Source of the DNA: a virus
Taxonomy: Duplodnaviria > Caudoviricetes
Virus record (IMG/VR): IMGVR_UViG_3300034629_000036
Span: 1 to 24,886 of that record
Length of the DNA stretch: 24,886 nucleotides
Reading direction: 5' to 3' (one strand)
A program made the translations under genes and the position numbers. The notes under the pieces were generated by a model that saw only the letters and a list, made by a program, of their open reading frames with translations, was not told the DNA's origin and did no database searches. Positions 6,980-16,473 of the stretch are shown in pieces (position 1 is the first letter of the stretch; each line of letters opens with the position of its first letter).

Positions 6980-7289
6980 GACGACGCACCCTCCCGACCG
7001 CAAGCGCGCGATCCGTCGACCCGTTCGTGTACTGCAACCGGGCCTCGGTGCCTGACTTGATCGGTGCCGTCAGTGCCTTGTCGACGTCGAAACGAGCCAC
7101 CGACCCCGTGATCGTCGCAGCCCACGACGTAGGCGACTCGCCCGCGAACACCATCGCCAGCGACGTCCCCGCGGGCCAGTCCGTCACCACCCCGGCGACC
7201 TCGTAGACCAGTTCGCAGACGAAGTCCGATCCCGCACTCAAGGTCACCCCCAAGTCGAGCGGGTCGCCGCCAAGATTCAAGCCCGCCAT
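6972..7289 (-). CDS. Small beta-sandwich minor tail protein (LtfC/BppU-like)
   Basis: MAGLNLGGDPLDLGVTLSAGSDF...WPAGT...ARLQY...GRVRR, as typically found just before actinophage fibre genes; AAGGG RBS. Confidence 0.7.
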   Translation of the reverse strand: MAGLNLGGDPLDLGVTLSAGSDFVCELVYEVAGVVTDWPAGTSLAMVFAGESPTSWAATITGSVARFDVDKALTAPIKSGTEARLQYTNGSTDRALAVGRVRRRG

Positions 7290-7299
7290 GTCAAACCCT

Positions 7300-8406
7300 T
7301 CATGCCGCATCTCCCTTGAATCTCGCGGCCTCGGCGTCACGCCTAGCCTTCTCTGCACGTTGGATCGCCCCGAAGGTGCGCGGGGCGAGGTCGATCGGGG
7401 TCAACGCCACCGAGTCGGCGCCGTCCTCGTACTCGGTGCGGCCGATCACCACATCGGCGGTGAGTCCGGCCTGCACGCGGCCCGTCATGTCGGCGACCGT
7501 GAACACCCGGAACATCTCGCCCGCCTTGACGTGGCCCAGGCGCACCGGAACGCCGCCCTCGGTCAGCAGCTCCCCGAACGCGGGCACGGCGGCCGACGTG
7601 TAGCCGTAGCGGGCGCCGATCAGGCCGAGCTCGGCGGTCGTGATCGCCTGCGGGGTGGACGACGAGGCGTAGAACCCGAGGTCGCGCAGGTCCAACGCCT
7701 GCTCGCGTCGCTTCGCACCAGTCTCCGCGCCACCCGCCTTCACGGTTGCCCACGCGGACGGGTTGCCCTCGGTGAGCGCGGAGACGTAGCGGCCGTACAG
7801 GTGGGTCACGTACTCGTCGTCGGCGACACCACGCAACGGCTCGGCATTGTTGAAGAACCAGCGGGGGGTCGTCGGGTCGGCGGCGACACGCAGGGTGCGG
7901 TCCTCGTCGACCCAGGCACGCTGGCCGATCGATGCCAGGTACTCCTCGAGGAGTGCCGCCACCTTGTTCAGCTCGACGGTCTGCTCGGCGGATGAGAACG
8001 GGGCTGCGGAGAGGGTGGCGGCGTTGACCCACGGCAGCCCCCGCACGATCGCCTCGTTGACGGCGGTCTGCGGGGTCGAGGTGGGGGTGAGTCCGTCCGC
8101 CGCGAGCGCCAGATACTCGCCGGCGAGCGTGTAGAACCCGCGGGCATGGATGCGCGCCGGCCCGTCGATTGTGGGCGGCTCGAACTCCTTGACGTACCCG
8201 GTCCAGATGCGCTTGGGGCCATCCCAGACTGCGAGGTCGGCGCCCTGGGAGAACGCGGCAGAGTAGGCGGTGGGGGCGATGTCGATCTGTGTCGACGCGG
8301 ACTCGCAGCCGCCCGGCCAGGTCGTCGACCAGCGTCCCCCCGAGGTGTGCCCGATGTCGCCGAGCACGTAGTCGACGCCGCCCACGGTGGTCACGAACTC
8401 AGCCAC
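7300..8406 (-). CDS. Minor tail protein (baseplate hub/Tal-like)
   Basis: 368 aa, second gene after the tape measure; WSTTWPGG, IWTGYV pattern. Confidence 0.7.
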   Translation of the reverse strand: MAEFVTTVGGVDYVLGDIGHTSGGRWSTTWPGGCESASTQIDIAPTAYSAAFSQGADLAVWDGPKRIWTGYVKEFEPPTIDGPARIHARGFYTLAGEYLALAADGLTPTSTPQTAVNEAIVRGLPWVNAATLSAAPFSSAEQTVELNKVAALLEEYLASIGQRAWVDEDRTLRVAADPTTPRWFFNNAEPLRGVADDEYVTHLYGRYVSALTEGNPSAWATVKAGGAETGAKRREQALDLRDLGFYASSSTPQAITTAELGLIGARYGYTSAAVPAFGELLTEGGVPVRLGHVKAGEMFRVFTVADMTGRVQAGLTADVVIGRTEYEDGADSVALTPIDLAPRTFGAIQRAEKARRDAEAARFKGDAA

Positions 8407-8415
8407 GACGACCCC

Positions 8416-10260
8416 TCACTCGGCGGCGTTGGAGTGCCAACGCTTGTAGTAGGCGGTGAGGACTTCGGGCGCACCGGACAGGCCGGTGAGGACGTAGATC
8501 AGCATCTCGCCTGGCGTCATCAGGTGACGACCACGCGACTTCGGGACCACGGCGCGAGCGTCGGTGCGGTTCTCGTTGGTGCCCACGAGGATGCGCGGGT
8601 TCGGGTTCGTCGGCGCGGGGGCGTCGATCCACAGGTGGGAGGCGACGGACGCCGACGTGGTGCCGTGCCCGCAGTTCACCCAGGTCAGCGCCGAGTCCTG
8701 CAACGGGAACGCCAGCAGCTCGTCGAGGTTCGTGTCGCCGCCGCCGTTGACGGTGAAGCGGACCACGGCGGTCGAGTTGTCCCCGACGACAGTGGTGGGG
8801 AGGTTCAGGACGTCCATCGAGAACGCGTGGTATTCGTAGTCGGGCACCGACTGCGCGCCCTTGGTGATGGTCTCCACGGGGCCGACCGCGACGCCGCCGC
8901 TGAACAACTGGGCGGTGATCGTGGTCGCGGAGATCGTGGTGCCCGACCCTGCGCCATTGCGGGCGTACATGAGGATGGCGTGGGCGCCGGGCGTGAACAT
9001 CGTGGCGGGCGCCTCGAACGTCGCCTGCGTGGACAGCCGCACCGCCTGGCCGCTGATCGACTTCGCGTCCGCCTGGAGGTTGCCGGTCTTGTTGAAGCGC
9101 CGCAGGTCAGGGCGGAAGAGACGGTCGGCGGGCGTCGTGTAGACCAGCACGTCACCGAGACCCTGCGCGCCCGAGACTGTGATCGCAGCCTCGGAGCGGG
9201 CCGAGCCGCCGATCTCGACAGTCTGCGCGCCCTGAGGAGACGACGACTGCGCCGAGTGGCCGATCGAGTCGAACCGGAAGACAGGGTTGGCCGGCTGGGC
9301 TCCTGCCGGCGCACCGAAGTACGTCGACAGGAACGGCAGGTGCAGCGCAGTGACGGTGCCCCACGAGGCGTCCATCGGCAGCGAGAACCGGATGAACCCA
9401 GCGTCGTCGACCGACGCTGCGACCGCTGACGCCTGGAAGCGGCCGAGGTTCGAGGTGGTGACCTCGGCGTAGCGGCCCGCGTTCGCGGCGTCCAGCGTCC
9501 ACGGCGAGTCGACGCGCACCCGGAAGGACAGGTAGCCGCCTGCCGCCGCGGAGATCGACAGCCCCGCCTTCGAGGCGCCGGTCTGGTAGGTGGCGCTGTT
9601 GCCGAACGGGACCGAGACGCCGCCGCCGTACTTGTTCGGGGTGATGACCATCTTGACGGAGCCGGTGCCGGTGGCGAAGTTGCCGGCTGTCGAGTCCACC
9701 GTGAACGCCGCGGTGCCGCTGACGTTCTGGCCAGCCATCGACCAGCCAGTCGCCGACTCGCAGTCGTCATCGACGACCAGCGACTCCGACACGTACTGGC
9801 CGCCGATGAGCGTCACATCGGCCGACCGCGGGAACGGCAGACAGACGAGGCGGAGGCGGAAGGTCCGCCGCAGAAGCGTCTTGCCCTCTGCCTCTGCGGT
9901 GTCGTCGAAGAGCCAGTCCATGTTCGATGTCTCTACCTCGAACACCGTGGTCGGGCCGAACCCGTCTGCTGGCGTCCAGGCCAGTGTGTTGCGGCGGGTG
10001 AGCTGGAGGTTCAGCTCCCGCTCACCGGACGACAGGGCCCCCGAGTCGGGGCCGCTGATCGTCACCCGGAACCCGGCCTCCCGGTTCTCGTGATGAGTCG
10101 TCACCGTGGGCGATCCATCGGCCATCAGCGACGCGATCGACATCTCCACGGGCTGCGGGTTGCCGAACGTCATGTCCTCGCCGAGCACCGAGAACCGCCA
10201 CTCGTTCGGCGGGAACTCGTCGTGCAGCTCGACGCCACCGAGAACCAGCGACGCGCTCAC
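8416..10260 (-). CDS. Minor tail protein (distal tail-like with internal beta-rich insertion)
   Basis: 614 aa, GTGA overlap with the tape measure stop, first gene after the TMP. Confidence 0.7.
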   Translation of the reverse strand: MSASLVLGGVELHDEFPPNEWRFSVLGEDMTFGNPQPVEMSIASLMADGSPTVTTHHENREAGFRVTISGPDSGALSSGERELNLQLTRRNTLAWTPADGFGPTTVFEVETSNMDWLFDDTAEAEGKTLLRRTFRLRLVCLPFPRSADVTLIGGQYVSESLVVDDDCESATGWSMAGQNVSGTAAFTVDSTAGNFATGTGSVKMVITPNKYGGGVSVPFGNSATYQTGASKAGLSISAAAGGYLSFRVRVDSPWTLDAANAGRYAEVTTSNLGRFQASAVAASVDDAGFIRFSLPMDASWGTVTALHLPFLSTYFGAPAGAQPANPVFRFDSIGHSAQSSSPQGAQTVEIGGSARSEAAITVSGAQGLGDVLVYTTPADRLFRPDLRRFNKTGNLQADAKSISGQAVRLSTQATFEAPATMFTPGAHAILMYARNGAGSGTTISATTITAQLFSGGVAVGPVETITKGAQSVPDYEYHAFSMDVLNLPTTVVGDNSTAVVRFTVNGGGDTNLDELLAFPLQDSALTWVNCGHGTTSASVASHLWIDAPAPTNPNPRILVGTNENRTDARAVVPKSRGRHLMTPGEMLIYVLTGLSGAPEVLTAYYKRWHSNAAE

Positions 10261-13200
10261 CGACGAGCCCCCGCAGCGGCGTCGTTGATGACCTTGCCGA
10301 CACCCTCGGCGGTCTTCTTCGGACCCGTCTCGCTGGTGGCCTTCTCGAGGCGCTCCAGGCGGTTGTCGAACTGACGCATCAGCTTCGTGTGCTCCTTCAG
10401 CTCAGTGTTGGACTCACGGAACTCACGCACCGCCGACCGCATCTCGCGGGTCTGGTCACGGATCGCGGACTTGAACTCAGCGTCCGCAGCGAACGAGCCC
10501 GTCGAGCGCGCGGCCTGACGGTTCGCCTTGAACCGCTGCTCGTAGGCTTCGATCTCCTCGGGCGAGAGTGTCGCGAGGTACTGGGCCTGGGCTGTGTTCC
10601 CGCTGGTGGACAACTGCTGAAACAGAGCCCCGTCGAGACCGAGATCGGTCAGTTGAGCCAGCAACGCCTCGAACGCCTTGGCTGAGCGAGTCTGCTGGCC
10701 GGCGAGCCCGTACTGGGCCTGCACCTCGAGCGCGCCCAGCTGTGACGAGGACAGGCTGGCGAGGTAGGCACGCACCTGCTCCTCGGTCGACGCGTCCGAC
10801 ATGCCGTTGCGGTTGGCAAGGGATTCGACCGCCGCCATGTCGAGCTGCACGGCGCCCGTGCGAGCTGCCTCCAGCAGGTCGACGTTGGAGCCGAACGACT
10901 GCGTCCTGAAGTTTGCCGCCACCGCGTCACGGAACTCCTTGGACTGCGCGCGCAGATCCTTGAGCATGGCGCGCTGGGCCTTGGCCTGCTCCTTGGCGGC
11001 CTCGACCTCCTTGGCTAGGTGCTTCTCGCGGATTCGCAGCTCCGCGTTCGCAGCCTTGATCTGACGCTCCAGCGAATCGGTCAGCTTGCCGGTGTAGCGC
11101 ATCATCCGCTGGATGAATGCCTCGGCGGACTCCCAGCCGCCACGGTCGGCGCGACCCGACACCACGCCACCCTGAGCGAAGTGCGCAACCCCACCGAGCA
11201 GGCTCACCGTCTCCGCTGCAATCGCTCTCGCCCGAGGTCTGCGCGAGTCGTTGGCGAGCGGGATGTACGCCTCGCCCTTGGTCTCAGGCTCGGCCCAGAC
11301 ACGGGTGACCCCGCCGCGGGCGATCTGCGGCTGGTGTCCGTTGGCGATGTCGCCGTTCGCGAAGTGCAGGATGTTGCCGCGGGCGGAGTCGATCTGCGGG
11401 CCCATCCCGCCGCCGTTGACCTTGCGGGTGGTGACCCAGATGTTCACGTACTCGTCGGGGATGTTCAGCTGGGCGCGGAGACGAGCCAGATCGGCCATCG
11501 CCTGCTCGACCTGGGCCTCGAGCCGGGTGACGTACTTGGGCTTGACGCCCCCGACCTCCTTGACGAAGTCCTTGACGGCCCCCTGCCCCTTGCGCCACGC
11601 CTCGTTCGCCCGGTCGATCTCGGCGTCGGTGGCGTTGGCGAGCTGCGCCATGCGCCGGGCGCCCTCCTTGCCGGCGTTCTGCAGGGCCTTGACGAGCCCC
11701 TCGTCGAGGCCCTTCTTGCCGGCCTCCCGGGCGTTGCGCTGGAAGTTGCGGAGGGCCTGGGCGTTCCGCTCCAGCTCGCTCAGCCAGTCGCCGAGCGACT
11801 TCTCGGAGTCGTTGAGGGAGTCGCCGAGGTTGACGAACGTGCCGGCGATGTCGCGGGCGGCCTGGCGGGACTCCTTGAGCTCCTGCCGGGCGGCTTGCAG
11901 CTTGCCGCGCAGGCTCTCGAGGTTGGCCGCGGCGCCGCCGATCTCGTCCGACATGTCGCCGGTCGCGTCGCCGTTGAGGCGGGCGCTGTTGGCCGCGTTC
12001 GCAAGACCGTCGGTGTAGCCCGGCAGCAGCGTGAGGAGCCGCTTCTGCTCGTCCGCCGTCAGCCCCTGGGCGACGGCGAGGGCACTGAAGGCCTCGCGGG
12101 CTGCGTCGGGGCCGCCCTGCGTGACGAGGTTGGTGAGCGCCTCGTCGAGGAGCTCGATCTCGACCCGTGCGTCGCCGAGACGCTGGCCCTCGAGCTGGCC
12201 GAGCGTCATCACCTTCAGGAGGCCATCGCCGGCCTTCTCGAGCACGTTGGAGTCGGTCAGGCGGCCGATGCTGTCCCCGAGCTGGGTGAAGTCCTCGCCG
12301 AGGTTGGCGACCGAGCCGTCCTGAAGGTCCAGGAGGCGGGTCGTCAGCTCGTCGGCGGTGGGCAGGGCGTCACGCATGGCGCCCTCGAGCTGCTGGAGGC
12401 CCATGATCGCGATCTGGAGGACCGCCAGCCCGGCCGCGGCCTTCTGGATCTTGGTCATGCCGCGCGCGGCGGGGTCGGCGGCGGTCCCGACCTTGGCGAG
12501 CGAGTCGCTGGTCAGGTAGAGCCGGTCGCCGACGAACTTGAGGGCTGGGCTCAGGACGGAGGTGGCGCGGTTGAGTGCCACGAACGCTGCTGCGGCGGTG
12601 AGGATGGGGGTGCCGATCGGCGACGATGCGATGCCGGCGAAGGCGTCCGCGACGGCGGTCAGCGCAGGGACGACGATGGCACCGACGGGGGCGGCAGCCT
12701 GCACCAGCCCGGAGACGGCGTCGATCAGCGATCCGAGCAGGTCGACGACTGCGGGCCCGGACTCGCGCACGTAGTCGAGGAACGACTGGAACGAGTCGTT
12801 GGTCTCCAGGCCGCGCGACCACTCGGCGAACGCCTTGGTCATCGACTCGAGGCCGCCGGTGAAGTCGGAGGCGGCGGGGGAGAAGGCGACCATCATGTTC
12901 GCCAGGCCCTCGGTGACGTAGCCGATGGTGCGGCCCATCTCCATCAGCGCCGGGCCGGCCGTGTTCTCGATGTAGTCGAAGAAGGCCGCGAACCGGTCGC
13001 CCGACAGGGCGTCGCCGGCGTTCGCGGACATCTCGCCGAGGGCGCCCGCGATCTCCTGCACGATGGAGTTGACCTGCGGGCCCATGGTCAGTAGCGACTC
13101 GATCCCATCCTGCACACCGGGGAGCAGCCCGGCGCGCGCGATGTTCTGGATCTCCTTGAGCTGGGGGCCGATGCTGTCGAGGAAGAGCACGAAGTCGGCG

Positions 13201-13673
13201 CCAGCGGGACCGATCTTCGCGAACTCCTCGGTGAGCTTCTCGAGGTTCGCCTGGGTCGGCTCGAGCTGGTAGTCGTTGACGGCCCCGAGCGCGTCGCCGA
13301 CACCCTGGAAGGCGAGTACGGCAACGCCGGCCGCGCCGGCGGCTGCGCCGAGCTGGGCGGCGAGTCCAGCGATCACGGGGACGACAGCCGCGCCGATCGG
13401 CACCAGGGCGGGGCCGAGGGTGGCAGCGATGTCCGCGAACAGCCGGAGGCGGCCCGTGAGCTGGTTGATGCTGTCGCTGGCGGGCCGGGTGCTCTTGGTG
13501 AACACGTCCACGTCGCCTGCGGCCTTGCGGCTCGAGACGCCGACCCGCGCGTTGGTCCCGTCGAGGTCCTTGAGGGTGCGCTCGAAGGTCTTGGCCGCGA
13601 CCGCGGCCTGGCCGATCTCGCGGCTGAACTTGTCCTCGAGCGAGAGCACCACACGCTCATGCCTTGTGACCAC
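10257..13673 (-). CDS. Tape measure protein
   Basis: 1138 aa Ala/Leu/Gly-rich helical protein after the tail assembly chaperone; HFANG...VWAEPETKGEAYIPL...HFAQGG motif. Confidence 0.92.
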   Translation of the reverse strand: MVTRHERVVLSLEDKFSREIGQAAVAAKTFERTLKDLDGTNARVGVSSRKAAGDVDVFTKSTRPASDSINQLTGRLRLFADIAATLGPALVPIGAAVVPVIAGLAAQLGAAAGAAGVAVLAFQGVGDALGAVNDYQLEPTQANLEKLTEEFAKIGPAGADFVLFLDSIGPQLKEIQNIARAGLLPGVQDGIESLLTMGPQVNSIVQEIAGALGEMSANAGDALSGDRFAAFFDYIENTAGPALMEMGRTIGYVTEGLANMMVAFSPAASDFTGGLESMTKAFAEWSRGLETNDSFQSFLDYVRESGPAVVDLLGSLIDAVSGLVQAAAPVGAIVVPALTAVADAFAGIASSPIGTPILTAAAAFVALNRATSVLSPALKFVGDRLYLTSDSLAKVGTAADPAARGMTKIQKAAAGLAVLQIAIMGLQQLEGAMRDALPTADELTTRLLDLQDGSVANLGEDFTQLGDSIGRLTDSNVLEKAGDGLLKVMTLGQLEGQRLGDARVEIELLDEALTNLVTQGGPDAAREAFSALAVAQGLTADEQKRLLTLLPGYTDGLANAANSARLNGDATGDMSDEIGGAAANLESLRGKLQAARQELKESRQAARDIAGTFVNLGDSLNDSEKSLGDWLSELERNAQALRNFQRNAREAGKKGLDEGLVKALQNAGKEGARRMAQLANATDAEIDRANEAWRKGQGAVKDFVKEVGGVKPKYVTRLEAQVEQAMADLARLRAQLNIPDEYVNIWVTTRKVNGGGMGPQIDSARGNILHFANGDIANGHQPQIARGGVTRVWAEPETKGEAYIPLANDSRRPRARAIAAETVSLLGGVAHFAQGGVVSGRADRGGWESAEAFIQRMMRYTGKLTDSLERQIKAANAELRIREKHLAKEVEAAKEQAKAQRAMLKDLRAQSKEFRDAVAANFRTQSFGSNVDLLEAARTGAVQLDMAAVESLANRNGMSDASTEEQVRAYLASLSSSQLGALEVQAQYGLAGQQTRSAKAFEALLAQLTDLGLDGALFQQLSTSGNTAQAQYLATLSPEEIEAYEQRFKANRQAARSTGSFAADAEFKSAIRDQTREMRSAVREFRESNTELKEHTKLMRQFDNRLERLEKATSETGPKKTAEGVGKVINDAAAGARR

Positions 13674-13734
13674 TCAGGGCACCGCCTTTCGCGGATCGCT
13701 ACTCATAGACGGGTGGCGGCTTTACACTCGGGCG

Positions 13735-13917
13735 ATGACTGACTCGATGCGTGAACCGCTAGGCGGGCTCGCCTTCGCCGCTGCCCTCGCCCTTGTCGGG
13801 CTTCTTCTGCGCCCGGCGGTCGAGGTCGTCGGTGCCGCGGTGCTATTCGCCGGCATCGTGGTCGCGTTGATCTCGCTGGTGCAGATCGCTCGGGCGCTCA
13901 GTCGCCCGGCCGAGTAG
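13735..13917 (+). CDS. Small counter-oriented 2-TM membrane protein (60 aa)
   Basis: MTDSMREPLGGLAFAAALALVGLLLRPAVEVVGAAVLFAGIVVALISLVQIARALSRPAE; TACACT (13723-13728) 6 nt before the ATG; fills the gap between chaperone and TMP. Confidence 0.65.
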   Translation: MTDSMREPLGGLAFAAALALVGLLLRPAVEVVGAAVLFAGIVVALISLVQIARALSRPAE

Positions 13918-14337
13918 CTCGTCCCACGAGCCGTCGTCGGCGTCGTCGACGAGCACCGTCACCCCGTCGTCGCGGTGGTACGGGTAGTGCTTGCTGTAGG
14001 ACCGGGACCAGTTGCGGAACGACCCGTCGTGCCAGAGCGCCTGACCGTTGTCGTCCTCGTGGGCGGCTTCCCACTCGCGCTGGGCTGCGTTGCGGGCCAT
14101 CGTCTCGTAGCAGACGACGACGCGCGGGTAGACGGCGTGTGCTGGGTCCGAGCACTCATCGGTGGGGCGCCGGCACTGGTGGCACCGCGTTGCCTCGAGC
14201 TCCCACTCCGAGACGTGGAGGGCGCGCTCGTCCTCGGGCAGTTCCTCCCACTGCTCGACCGTCAGGCCGAGGCCGCGGGCTAGCCGTAGATCTCGTCGGA
14301 GGTCAGGGTGGTTTCGGAGTAGCGCCCGGCTTTTTTT
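13843..14337 (-). CDS. Tail assembly chaperone, -1 frameshift extension (gpT-like part)
   Basis: The -1 frame from the slippery site is open: KSRALLRNHPDLRRDLRLARGLGLTVEQWEELPEDERA...RCHQCRRP...VCYET, continuing into track ORF 13843..14100. Confidence 0.8.
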   Translation of the reverse strand, partial: KKSRALLRNHPDLRRDLRLARGLGLTVEQWEELPEDERALHVSEWELEATRCHQCRRPTDECSDPAHAVYPRVVVCYETMARNAAQREWEAAHEDDNGQALWHDGSFRNWSRSYSKHYPYHRDDGVTVLVDDADDGSWDELLGRATERPSDLHQRDQRDHDAGE

Positions 14338-14807
14338 GGGTCGGTCCCCGGGGAACGGTTGATGAGGTACGCCTTCATGAAGAGGGCGTCGAAGTCGCCG
14401 TCGGCGAGGCTGTCCAGGAACTCCTGCCGGGCGGCGTTGCTCGGGAACTCTGGCTCCACCATGGAGGCCAGCAGCAGCGCCTCGGGGAACGTGTCGTCGT
14501 TGAAGCCCTCGGCCTTGTCGGAGTCGTTGCCGTCGCGGGGCGGGTGCTCGGTGAGCAGCGCCCGGAAGGCCTTGCGGCCGATCTGGTTGACGCGGATCTG
14601 GACGGCCCGCTCAGCTGCCTCGTCGACGAACGCGTGGTAGGCGTCCCAGGAGGCCTGGGCGTCGCCGAGGTCTCCGAGCCGGGCGGCGTTGCCCTTCTCC
14701 TGCCGGGTCGCTGTGTCGGCGGCGATCCTCAGGTCGGCGATCTGCTCGATGTCGTCGCCGTGGTAGATGATGTGGGTCGCCGTGCGCGGCGTGATGGTGG
14801 TGGTCAT
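14280..14807 (-). CDS. Tail assembly chaperone (gpG-like)
   Basis: GAGGAG RBS before ATG 14807; HPPR and FNDDTFPEALL motifs; lies between major tail gene and TMP. Confidence 0.85.
   Translation of the reverse strand: MTTTITPRTATHIIYHGDDIEQIADLRIAADTATRQEKGNAARLGDLGDAQASWDAYHAFVDEAAERAVQIRVNQIGRKAFRALLTEHPPRDGNDSDKAEGFNDDTFPEALLLASMVEPEFPSNAARQEFLDSLADGDFDALFMKAYLINRSPGTDPKKAGRYSETTLTSDEIYG
14331..14340 (-). other. Programmed -1 ribosomal frameshift slippery site C CCA AAA AAA
   Basis: GAC CCA AAA AAA GCC on the minus strand (X XXY YYZ in the correct phase); a rare A7 run in very GC-rich DNA. Confidence 0.88.
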
Positions 14808-14815
14808 GGCTGCTC

Positions 14816-14842
14816 CTCGACAGGTTCGACAGGCTCGACAGG
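14816..14842. repeat. Three tandem 9-bp repeats (YTCGACAGG) abutting the chaperone RBS
   Basis: ctcgacagg ttcgacagg ctcgacagg. Confidence 0.8.
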
Positions 14843-14855
14843 GTGTTGCCGTTGA

Positions 14856-14890
14856 CCGTGGGCGGCGGCTGTCGTACCCGCCGCCCACGG
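14856..14890 (-). terminator. Hairpin after the major tail gene (terminator, attenuator or stability element)
   Basis: Perfect 13-bp stem CCGTGGGCGGCGG / CCGCCGCCCACGG with a 9-nt loop; no U-tract. Confidence 0.6.
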
Positions 14891-14898
14891 AGCCGGGG

Positions 14899-15432
14899 TC
14901 AGACGCCCGTCAGCGCCTTGTTGATCGCGGGCTCGTCGGTGACGGCGAACGCGCACGTCATGGCGCTCTCGGCGGCCTCGCCGTCGCCGGCGTCCGCCGG
15001 GAACGACGGCCCGAACTCGACCGGGTAGGCGTTGTAGAACTGCCCGGTCGCGGCCGTGGTGGCGCGCGTCAGCCCGCGTCGCTGGGCGAGGACCATCGAG
15101 GTCCCCTCGGGCAGCGCCTCGTAGAGCTTCTTGCCGTCCGAGGCCGCGGCCTCCTGGTCGGCGAAGGCGTAGAGCATGTCGCCACCCGTGACCGTGGAGG
15201 TGCCGATGAACTCGTACTGCTTCGTGTCGCCCAGGCGACGCTCGGCGGTGACGCGGTTCGTCGTCTGGGTGGGCTTGCCGGTCGAGGCGAACAGGACGCG
15301 GGTGACGTCGATCGACGACGCCGCGTTCCACTCGGTGGGGGTGATCGCGTTGATGTCGGCGACGGTGGGGATCAGGACCCAGTTCTCGCGGCCGTAGGTC
15401 TTGGTCGCTCCGGGGCGGTAGGGCTCGGCCAT
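14899..15432 (-). CDS. Major tail (tube) protein
   Basis: About 177 aa; IPTVADINAITPTEWNAA, RRLGDTKQYE motifs; AAGGAG RBS; alternative GTG start at 15441. Confidence 0.85.
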   Translation of the reverse strand: MAEPYRPGATKTYGRENWVLIPTVADINAITPTEWNAASSIDVTRVLFASTGKPTQTTNRVTAERRLGDTKQYEFIGTSTVTGGDMLYAFADQEAAASDGKKLYEALPEGTSMVLAQRRGLTRATTAATGQFYNAYPVEFGPSFPADAGDGEAAESAMTCAFAVTDEPAINKALTGV

Positions 15433-15437
15433 GTGGC

Positions 15438-15629
15438 TCACTTCTCCTTAGGGGTGTCGGCCTTGTGGCCGGTGGGCTCGACAGCGGTGAACTCCGGGGG
15501 GAGCGGGTCGCCGTAGCGGTCGACCGCCTCCTGCTTGAGCACGGTGTAGTTGCCGTGCGCGAGCTGCGACTTGGTGATGGTGCGCTTGTGGCCGGTGTCC
15601 TTGTCGGTCACGCGGAGGTACTCGGGCAT
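15438..15629 (-). CDS. Small hypothetical protein (63 aa, MPEYLRVTDKDTGHKRTI...)
   Basis: AGGGAG RBS; small gene of a kind often found ahead of actinophage major tail genes. Confidence 0.7.
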   Translation of the reverse strand: MPEYLRVTDKDTGHKRTITKSQLAHGNYTVLKQEAVDRYGDPLPPEFTAVEPTGHKADTPKEK

Positions 15630-15670
15630 GGCGGTGCTCCCTTGCGGGCTCGATGTGGTGGATGGGGCGG

Positions 15671-16063
15671 TCAGGTGGAGTAGATGAACTCCGACGTGCC
15701 GGAGAACCAGCCGTCGTCGGGGGCGATCGGGTCGTCGGCAGCGGAACGGGTGATGACGGTCGTCTCGCGGCCCTCGACGACTAGGGAGGCGTCGACCAGG
15801 TTGGCGCCGGCGCGGTGACGCATCGTCTGCGCGTTCTCCTCGTCGCGGGCCACGAACCGCAGGAAGATCCGCCACGCGGAGGCGTCCGAGGGTCCGCCGA
15901 AACGACCCACCTCCGAGACGCGCTCGGTGACGTGCACCTCGGTGTACAGGTCGGGCAGCACGGCCAGCTCGTCCAGCTCGGCGACCGTGTACGCCTTCGC
16001 GCTACCAGCGGGGCCGGTGTTGAGGCGTGCGACGACGGCCGCCCGCTGGGCCAGGACGCTCAC
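15671..16063 (-). CDS. Tail terminator protein
   Basis: GTGA overlap with the upstream gene; size and position before the major tail gene. Confidence 0.65.
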   Translation of the reverse strand: MSVLAQRAAVVARLNTGPAGSAKAYTVAELDELAVLPDLYTEVHVTERVSEVGRFGGPSDASAWRIFLRFVARDEENAQTMRHRAGANLVDASLVVEGRETTVITRSAADDPIAPDDGWFSGTSEFIYST

Positions 16064-16473
16064 TTCCAGAACCACTCGTCGGGCAGCCGGCGGACCTCGG
16101 CGGCGAACGACGGCCCGATGATGTCGGCGGAGCGGGCCATGTTCTGCTGCGGCCGGTTCCCGTTCCTGGTGCCGTTCTCGAGGATCAGGCCGAGGAAGCC
16201 CTGCCCGCGGGGGTAGGGGCCGTACTCGCCGCTGATGGTGTTGCCGAACAGGCCCAGGCCGGAGTGCATCGTGGGCGAGATCGTGCCGGGGTACTTCCGG
16301 GCGTGCGACCCGGGAGGGTTGCTCGTGCGGGCGTAGCCCTTGGCGACCTCGGCGCCGGCCTTGATGCCGTCGCGGACGGTGCCGCGCATGTCGCCGCGGG
16401 AGGTGGCCGAGATCCGGGCCAGGTCGTTGGCGAGGTCACCGATGCTGTCGGTGACGCGGACGGAGAGGGTCAC
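16060..16473 (-). CDS. Neck / tail-completion protein (HK97 gp10-like)
   Basis: Start GTG 16473 (GTGA overlap); GEYGP...QGFLGLILENGTRN...PQ motif; the upstream part of track ORF 16060..17112 is shadow. Confidence 0.75.
   Translation of the reverse strand: MTLSVRVTDSIGDLANDLARISATSRGDMRGTVRDGIKAGAEVAKGYARTSNPPGSHARKYPGTISPTMHSGLGLFGNTISGEYGPYPRGQGFLGLILENGTRNGNRPQQNMARSADIIGPSFAAEVRRLPDEWFWK

Noticed and set aside
11019-13094. Long plus-strand ORFs (also 830..2167, 8146..9429, 17559..18605, 18645..20153, 20671..21858, 22512..23810)
   Set aside because: Antisense shadows of well-supported minus-strand genes in high-GC DNA; no recognisable motifs
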